A stretch of 64,000 nt of DNA from the IMG/VR virus record IMGVR_UViG_3300005747_000263, positions 1 through 64,000 of that record; one strand, 5' to 3'. A program made the translations under genes and the position numbers. How positions within the stretch are numbered: the stretch's first letter is position 1; each line of letters begins with the position of its first letter. The DNA comes from a virus. The notes beneath the pieces are model-generated. The model had not been told where the DNA came from. It ran no database searches and was given only the letters and a program-made list of their open reading frames with translations. Positions 57,824 to 64,000 of the stretch are shown here, in pieces.

Positions 57824-58928
57824 TTCTAATATTCCTCACGTGTTTGAGTAGTAATTCTTTCTTACGGGCGGCACTATAATTATAGTGCGGGTAATTTAAT
57901 TCATGGTTTCCCTTACAGTATCCCTTTGCTTGGAGGGTTTCACAGGATGGTGCCCATAATTTCTTTTTAAGCATGTTGCTTAATTGCATGTGGCTGATTT
58001 TGTAGTCGAACTTTTCTGGGCCGCGAATTTGCCGGAATATTTCTAACATATCTTTAAGGTCGTACTCGCAACGCATTAATTCGAGGGCAATGTATGTGCT
58101 TTCTTCAAAGTTTGGATTGCTCTTCGTCATCATGTCTAGGATACAGGCACGGATTGGTTTGTGTCCGTAAGCTGTATTGGTGAGTTTGCGGAGCAATTGG
58201 TCTTTAATGGTTCGCTCTTGATAGTATTCTGTATCGACGCGGCGCAGCCTTTTATCTCGCAAGTGTTTGAGTACTGCTGGGATAATGTAATCGAAGTAAC
58301 TACTTGGTTCTGGAGTGTTGTTTAACTTTCTCTTCTTCTTGGCGAGATGCATGACTGCTTCTGGCGTGTAATTGTATGCTTCCTCAATTGTGAGTGGGAT
58401 GCAGTACAGGCCGCTCTTGTGGTTAATGGTGTTGGGGATGCGGCGCATTTGGGCGAAGCCATTGTTTGCTTGCATGTCGAAATCGACGCCGGATAGTTTA
58501 GCCATTTGGCGAATAATGTATTGGATAACATTTTTATCCTTCATTACGTCGAAGTCGCGGCTCAACTTGATTAAAATGTGATAGCCACTGCGACCGCTGA
58601 AAAAGATTTGTAAATTGATTTGCTTATCGGGCGTGGATTCTTTATTGCACCAATCAATGAAGTGGCGCAATTGATGCCAAGTCTTAGTATTTAACAGTTC
58701 GTGTCCCTCGCTGTCAATTTCGAGGAAGAACTTATCCATTCTGGCAGTATCATAAATGGGTGCCCCCTGTACATTGAGTTCAGTAAACTTGTACACACTC
58801 ATGTACAGGGAGTCGGTGGGGTTGGCTTTGACGAATGACTGGATATCCTTTAAGTATTGTGCATCACGAACAACTCTGATACAACCTTGTCCGTTAACGC
58901 TTTTTCCTAATTCAAAATATTCAGTCAT
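57795..58928 (-). CDS. archaeo-eukaryotic primase, PriS-PriL(C-terminal) fusion
   Basis: FLEID, FSGRSGYH and RRIPNTIN.KSGLYCIPL (PriS); ACI...PSCETLQAKGYC (PriL Fe-S-like domain). Confidence 0.88.
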   Translation of the reverse strand: MTEYFELGKSVNGQGCIRVVRDAQYLKDIQSFVKANPTDSLYMSVYKFTELNVQGAPIYDTARMDKFFLEIDSEGHELLNTKTWHQLRHFIDWCNKESTPDKQINLQIFFSGRSGYHILIKLSRDFDVMKDKNVIQYIIRQMAKLSGVDFDMQANNGFAQMRRIPNTINHKSGLYCIPLTIEEAYNYTPEAVMHLAKKKRKLNNTPEPSSYFDYIIPAVLKHLRDKRLRRVDTEYYQERTIKDQLLRKLTNTAYGHKPIRACILDMMTKSNPNFEESTYIALELMRCEYDLKDMLEIFRQIRGPEKFDYKISHMQLSNMLKKKLWAPSCETLQAKGYCKGNHELNYPHYNYSAARKKELLLKHVRNIRNAKENSKQE

Positions 58929-58934
58929 TTTATC

Positions 58935-59195
58935 TCACTTGTATGGTTTCAAACCATTGACTAAGTGTGTAACATAGAATGTTACTTTCCTAGTCTTCCA
59001 TGCTCGACGATTCTTTAAATAATTACCGTCGTCATCTGTTACGTACTGTAAGTAGTACCCTACTAAACCATTAGTATCACTACCGATATGGAGCCATACG
59101 TCACATATATCTTCGATATAGTTACCTCCGTCGTCTAAGACGATGAATGATTCCGTACTACTCCCTACCTGTAGTGATACCGGTACTCTGGACAT
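58935..59195 (-). CDS. hypothetical protein
   Basis: Coupled ORF. Confidence 0.5.
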   Translation of the reverse strand: MSRVPVSLQVGSSTESFIVLDDGGNYIEDICDVWLHIGSDTNGLVGYYLQYVTDDDGNYLKNRRAWKTRKVTFYVTHLVNGLKPYK

Positions 59196-59489
59196 TTACA
59201 CCAGTTTATTTAGCATTGCATTCACAACTGGTTCGTACTCGATGTACTTGCCGAAGTCGTGGATGAATACGTTATCGATACCGCTCTCCTTGATGTGGTC
59301 TTCTAGGAAGCGTGGTTCCCCATTCCAGTCAATGTTATGACTGCTTAGTTTGTTTTGGGGGTCGTCCACCGCTTTAATACCAATGTCGTAGTGGTACGAT
59401 ACTTTCTTTCCTTTACGGATTCCTACGGTTAATCGTAAGTTGCTTTTAATGTGTCCGAACTGTTCCATGTATTTATTTTGATTTACCAT
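59196..59489 (-). CDS. hypothetical protein
   Basis: GAGGAG RBS. Confidence 0.5.
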   Translation of the reverse strand: MVNQNKYMEQFGHIKSNLRLTVGIRKGKKVSYHYDIGIKAVDDPQNKLSSHNIDWNGEPRFLEDHIKESGIDNVFIHDFGKYIEYEPVVNAMLNKLV

Positions 59490-59615
59490 TATAATCTCTC
59501 CTCTACGATGTCGATGACATCCTTAATTGCGTCATTGTAACCCAGTACATATAATGGGTCGCCTAATGAACTATGTTCTCTCTTCATTGAATGTAGAAAC
59601 TTGATAATACTTTGC

Positions 59616-60189
59616 TTATTCATCGATTAACTCCAATACTAAATTGTATACATCCCTAAAGTTGTATACTCTATGCAAGTTTGCGCCCAGTTCTAAGTCT
59701 ACATTGTATGGCTGATGATAAATCGCTAATCTGCGTCCATCGTTATTCCAGTCAGTCATTCTGTATGCTTGCGGACTGTCGTCGATTAATAAATCAAACC
59801 AGTGGTCGCGCTTATCCTCAATAGAGTTAGTACAAATAATTGGTAATTCTAAACCAAATTCACTCAACCAGTAATGAATATTTTCTTGCATCCATTCCGG
59901 GTTACTAGTTAAAATGAATAACTCGTGACCCTCCTCGATGAGTTTATTAATCCATACCCAACAATTACTATCCATTGGGGATGCATACTTAATTGCTTTG
60001 CGACGGAAAATGTTAAAGAGCAATTCTTTTTCCCATGGTTCAACGTTCCATTTATCTTCAAGTGACCAATCTGTTAAGTCACTAATCTTAGGGATGGGAC
60101 GCTTCTCGGGGAATAATCCGGCATATAAATTATGCCATACTTGTAGTGAATCGCATAGGGTGTTATCGAAAGTCAATTGCAATTTTCAT
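59616..60189 (-). CDS. 5'(3')-deoxyribonucleotidase (HAD, NT5C-like), +1 frameshift near codon 7
   Basis: ATG 60189 with GGAGG RBS gives MKIAIDF; the +1 frame continues DNTLCD; FILTS, K..., LLIDDSP, QPYN motifs. Confidence 0.8.
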
Positions 60190-60284
60190 GCAGAATCCTC
60201 CTGAGAACACTTCCATTCTCCATTAATAATGGCACATTCTACGAATAGTAAGTTTGCCTTACACATTGGGCACCATTTACTCAT
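60186..60284 (-). CDS. 32-aa Cys-rich protein (not in ORF track)
   Basis: MSKWCPMCKANLLFVECAIINGEWKCSQEDSA*; ATGA-coupled at both ends. Confidence 0.5.
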   Translation of the reverse strand: MSKWCPMCKANLLFVECAIINGEWKCSQEDSA

Positions 60285-60430
60285 TGTTCTTTACTCCATT
60301 TACTCATGCACTTATACGAACACATGTGATATCGGTCCGACATACCCATACCAATATATTCAGGGGTAATGGTGTACAATGCTGAATCGAAATACTTCTT
60401 ACATCCATCGCATTGATACTTCTTCGTCAC
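60281..60430 (-). CDS. 49-aa TRASH-like zinc finger (not in ORF track)
   Basis: YQCDGCKK...HMCSYKCM. Confidence 0.55.
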   Translation of the reverse strand: MTKKYQCDGCKKYFDSALYTITPEYIGMGMSDRYHMCSYKCMSKWSKEQ

Positions 60431-60561
60431 ACTACCCTCGCTAGCAGTACCGTCGCAGCAATAAGGGCTGCAATAGTACGAACCACTTCCATGTATAGGC
60501 GCGGTTTACTTTGTTTATTGAACGACATGTTCATGTTTACTACGTTATGTTCTTCAGTCAT

Positions 60562-60753
60562 TTATAATCTCTCCGCATATTTAAGTAATTCTTCCTCGAT
60601 TTGATTATCGGTAAGAAGTGTAAGTAAGACATCGAACTCTCCCATGTAATCCAAGTTGCGAGCCTTTTGTCCTAAACCGAACGCAATGAGTTTACCGAAA
60701 CTTAAGTCGGGCCTCTTGCGTTGAATGCTGGCAATGGTGTTAAGAAGAGTCAT
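60562..60753 (-). CDS. hypothetical protein
   Basis: PDLSFGKLI motif; GGAGG RBS. Confidence 0.5.
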   Translation of the reverse strand: MTLLNTIASIQRKRPDLSFGKLIAFGLGQKARNLDYMGEFDVLLTLLTDNQIEEELLKYAERL

Positions 60754-60988
60754 TTGGGATTCCTCCCGAAATTCTAACTACTATATTATTATTACTTGGA
60801 ACTTGTCTCTCTAAATACCAAATAGCTTTCCTGATATCTTCCTCGAAGTTACCCTTGTGTTCTGCTCTTGCAATATACTTTAATGCATTACCAAGGCAGA
60901 AGTTAAGATTCCAATCTTCGATTACATCGATGACTTCAAACTTGCCCGTATTATAGTGAGCCGGGTGGTTAACGTTTTCTTCACTCAT
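60740..60988 (-). CDS. DUF3310 (SaV/T7 gp1.7-like) protein
   Basis: VNHPAHY...EVIDVIE...FCLGNALKYIARA.HKG..EDIRKAIWYL. Confidence 0.9.
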   Translation of the reverse strand: MSEENVNHPAHYNTGKFEVIDVIEDWNLNFCLGNALKYIARAEHKGNFEEDIRKAIWYLERQVPSNNNIVVRISGGIPNDSS

Positions 60989-61560
60989 TGCACCACTTCT
61001 AACTCAGGACTTGATTCCAAGATGTGAGTAAGAATCTCCATCGCAACAATAGCTTGATGCTTAGCATCGTCCAAGCCATTGTGATGCGTTCCTTCACGAG
61101 TAATACTCTTCTCGATAGATGGGTACAAGTTCTTCAGTGTACGGTAGCACCGTTCCTGATAGAATCTCCATGGTGTAGGAGTATTCGTACCGGTTGCGGC
61201 ACTAACTAATTTATATGAATGATTTAGGATAGCACAATCGAATGTCGGAGCATTACCCCATACATGCTTGATGCCTTTACCCAGACAGAACTTTCTAAAC
61301 TCAAGCATTGCATCGGTAAAGTCTTCTTTACCTTTCAATTCTTCTTGCGCTTCCGTAGACTGATTTATCCACCACAATACCGTATCGGCACCAACAGTTG
61401 CTCCGGCGGCTTGAGCCGACCGAGGATTGATTCGCACATGGAATTCATCCGTAACACCGTCTTTCAGGTTGAATACGACAGCACCAATTGCAGTAACTAC
61501 TGCGGTGCTAACATTATCCATAGTTTCAATATCAATCATTAAATGATTATCGTTATACAT
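60985..61560 (-). CDS. DEDDh 3'-5' exonuclease (Rv2179c/exonuclease VIII-like)
   Basis: MIDIET, WGNAPTFD, CYRTL, HNGLDDA. Confidence 0.88.
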   Translation of the reverse strand: MYNDNHLMIDIETMDNVSTAVVTAIGAVVFNLKDGVTDEFHVRINPRSAQAAGATVGADTVLWWINQSTEAQEELKGKEDFTDAMLEFRKFCLGKGIKHVWGNAPTFDCAILNHSYKLVSAATGTNTPTPWRFYQERCYRTLKNLYPSIEKSITREGTHHNGLDDAKHQAIVAMEILTHILESSPELEVVQ

Positions 61561-61839
61561 TTTTATTCCTCACTCTTAATATGTTCTATCACCATAAATA
61601 CACCTTTTACAAGTCTTCATTTCCCGAGATTTTCGAGAGTGTTCTAAATCGAAGTGGGGAATAGGCTTCTTACATTCGACGCAAATAATTTCAGCCACGG
61701 TAATCCATTGCCTCCTGTACGAAGTGTCTGAGCATTTCACAATTATTCATAATTGCGTCAACATCTTCTTCTCGAATTTGAGGTATACACGCCATCATGT
61801 GGATTCGCGTTTCAATATCTTTGATAAATTGTTCTGGGT

Positions 61840-62220
61840 TCATACTATAACCTCGTGAAATTCCTTACCATACTTACTTAGGCTCTCTTTGTATTTAGAA
61901 TGTTCTTCCTCATTCGTAGACAGAATGATTGCATTAGTACATTCGTGTACAACTTTAGCCCTCATGGCGTCATGTTTTCGGTCGCCCCACAAAGACTCAA
62001 TGGGCCAGTAAGGAATAGTTCTTAAACTATTCTTATTACAATAGTTAATGACAGTAACCATCTGTACGTCTTTATTGAACATCACTGTTCGGGTTTTAGA
62101 AAAAGGGGGAAGAGAAAAAACAGTAGTCAAGGATGGGATAATCTTTAAACTGTTAATCGTAGGACTAATAACCAGGAGTGTCTTCAAATTCATACCCCAA
62201 GTATTGTCGTAGCTCCTCAT
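61840..62220 (-). CDS. hypothetical protein
   Basis: In operon; start uncertain. Confidence 0.45.
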   Translation of the reverse strand: MRSYDNTWGMNLKTLLVISPTINSLKIIPSLTTVFSLPPFSKTRTVMFNKDVQMVTVINYCNKNSLRTIPYWPIESLWGDRKHDAMRAKVVHECTNAIILSTNEEEHSKYKESLSKYGKEFHEVIV

Positions 62221-62371
62221 AAATTTTCATGATTACGCTACCAATAACTTCAATTTCGAATTGGTCCTTAGATTCCGCTTTCAAAACGATATCCTTCTTG
62301 TCAAGAATCATTTCAAGGCGCGGCAGTGTTCTAGATTGATTTTCAGATTTGTGGTAAATAATTGTACTCAT
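62165..62371 (-). CDS. hypothetical protein
   Basis: Directly after polB. Confidence 0.5.
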   Translation of the reverse strand: MSTIIYHKSENQSRTLPRLEMILDKKDIVLKAESKDQFEIEVIGSVIMKIYEELRQYLGYEFEDTPGY

Positions 62372-62372
62372 T

Positions 62373-64000
62373 TTAAAATAGTCCCCATTTTTCGAGACTA
62401 TCCTGGTTAGGATTCCTAGTCATGTAAATGAATTCATTATCACTAATCACTTCGCACAGATTCATTCTTTCCAATGCATCCATAACGATACCAAGATAAT
62501 ACTTTTTGTCAAGATTCTTAAGTGCAGATTCGCTGGGAATATCGTACCCGTCAAACGTTTTAATGTAATCCAGAGTCATTCCCGACTTTAACTTTGCACC
62601 CGTCTTGTCGCTAACCATTCTAGCAACACTCGGAACGAGTGAGTTAGGGTTGGCGTACTTATGTAATGGTTGACCAATACGAACGGTCATAATGTAATCT
62701 TCTACATCGTACCCTTCGAGGTCAATCATTTCCCTCGCTACTTGTCTGGCGGCATCCTCGCCTTCTTTAAGGAACACTGGTGCCACCCTATCAATAATCT
62801 TGTTAAAAATAGAAGTGTACTTGGTTCCCTTAAAGGCGCCACCTTTCTTTACTAACGCACCATCTTCGTTAAAGAAGAGGTATGTTTTAGGTTGCTTAAA
62901 GAACGCATTCCCGAGTTCTTCGCGCTCCCATTTAATCATTGGTTTTGCCTTCAATACTTCCGGCATCCATACTTCAAAGTGAGCATTTAGTTCGGCCAAT
63001 GGTTTCGCCAAATGCGGCTCATACTTCATGGAATCCGTATCAACGAATAGTACAATATCTTCTCCCATGAACTTCATGCCTTCCGTCAGCACCATGCGTC
63101 CACTTAATGCAGTCATTACTGCCACACCAAGTTCTCCGAATGGTGAAAACTTCTCACCGCCCAATCCATAAGCACTGTTCAATACAACTTTGAGTGCATA
63201 CGCAATGCCGAATAATGCAAGACTATGTTCAACTTTAGCTCGGTGTTTAACTTCCAAGCGTTCAACTAAGTACTCTTCAATTTTATCGGCAACAGGTGAA
63301 CGACCAACAACTTCAATAACCCAAGTCCATTTACGAACATCGTCGGGCATATAATAAGTTTTAGTGTCGCCGTTAACTTCAACTTTGAATTCTTGTGCAG
63401 GTCGGCCACCTTTATAAACAATACTTTTCTCACCTTTATTATTCACTCGGTCAACGAATTCAACATCAACGAATGGAATAGTATCGACGATTTGAGTATT
63501 GTCAGGACCAATGCCCAGTGCCGCCATTAAAGTTGGATACAATGACCCAACGTCGTCTTCAATTGCGGCCTCGTATCGACCCGGCTTAAAGCAATCACTA
63601 ATGGCACCCTGGAAGGGGCCACGGTTTTTACGCTCATTAGTTCTCAAGTCGAAGTATTCAGTCCCTTCAAGGTCTGCATAGTAATTCTCGTAACGAGTAA
63701 TATTATTACTGTCGGCAATAATGTTATTCGATTCAAGAATACCAGCAAGAAGAATCTTAAACGCATACGTTGTACTGAGCGGAACAACACGATGGAGCGG
63801 AGCCCCAACGAAGTTAGCCACCGAAACACTGTTAGCAATGTAATGGTTGAATAACTTCCACGTTAATGTAACGTCACTGTTATTGTATGCCTTTAGTTTC
63901 TCAGGTTCTTCCAGAAGCCATGCAGTGCCCTTACGAGCGATATCTTCCTCTACAATGAGGTCTATCCCCAAGTCGTCTTTAAAATGCTCTGAGACGGCCT
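62373..64000 (-). CDS. polB: family B DNA polymerase (5' part outside the window)
   Basis: ExoIII YNNSDV, region II DVGSLYPT, region III KVVLNSAYG, region I VDTDS. Confidence 0.95.
   Translation of the reverse strand, partial: AVSEHFKDDLGIDLIVEEDIARKGTAWLLEEPEKLKAYNNSDVTLTWKLFNHYIANSVSVANFVGAPLHRVVPLSTTYAFKILLAGILESNNIIADSNNITRYENYYADLEGTEYFDLRTNERKNRGPFQGAISDCFKPGRYEAAIEDDVGSLYPTLMAALGIGPDNTQIVDTIPFVDVEFVDRVNNKGEKSIVYKGGRPAQEFKVEVNGDTKTYYMPDDVRKWTWVIEVVGRSPVADKIEEYLVERLEVKHRAKVEHSLALFGIAYALKVVLNSAYGLGGEKFSPFGELGVAVMTALSGRMVLTEGMKFMGEDIVLFVDTDSMKYEPHLAKPLAELNAHFEVWMPEVLKAKPMIKWEREELGNAFFKQPKTYLFFNEDGALVKKGGAFKGTKYTSIFNKIIDRVAPVFLKEGEDAARQVAREMIDLEGYDVEDYIMTVRIGQPLHKYANPNSLVPSVARMVSDKTGAKLKSGMTLDYIKTFDGYDIPSESALKNLDKKYYLGIVMDALERMNLCEVISDNEFIYMTRNPNQDSLEKWGLF

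Noticed and set aside
1-64000. Provirus/integration module or contractile tail
   Set aside because: No integrase, host genes, sheath or baseplate wedge genes recognised in the window

Overview
The window is a large part of a tailed dsDNA virus genome (Caudoviricetes; no sheath gene seen, so probably a siphovirus). The host is most likely an archaeon: there is a PriS-PriL fusion primase, a PolB, TATA-like promoters, GGTGA/GGAGG ribosome-binding sites, tRNAs without encoded CCA and a DxDxDG-repeat secreted protein. A gyrase-bearing host such as Thermoplasmata is an inference. Layout: (i) 1-19.2 kb, minus strand: ThyX, an HNH nuclease, a phiEco32-like amidoligase/ATP-grasp/GAT-II/GGCT operon, many small ORFs, tRNA-Arg(UCU), tRNA-Leu(UAA), and a ~2 kb island of strongly base-paired non-coding sequence (13.35-15.35 kb) with a predicted pseudoknot and a degenerate tRNA; (ii) 15.4-19.6 kb, a repeat-rich control region (probable origin and/or genome end) where the coding strand switches; (iii) 19.7-57.3 kb, plus strand: terminase, portal, protease/scaffold, capsid, large adhesin-like proteins, tail and fibres; (iv) 57.6-64 kb, minus strand: primase, nucleotidase, exonuclease and a truncated PolB. 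The best novelty candidates are the structured ncRNA island, the amidoligase operon in an apparently archaeal virus, a UUU_CGA +1 frameshift in a HAD nucleotidase, four gyrase-site-like repeats and three pairs of tandem paralogues in the tail module. All calls come from reading motifs by eye; no searches or folding programs were run.
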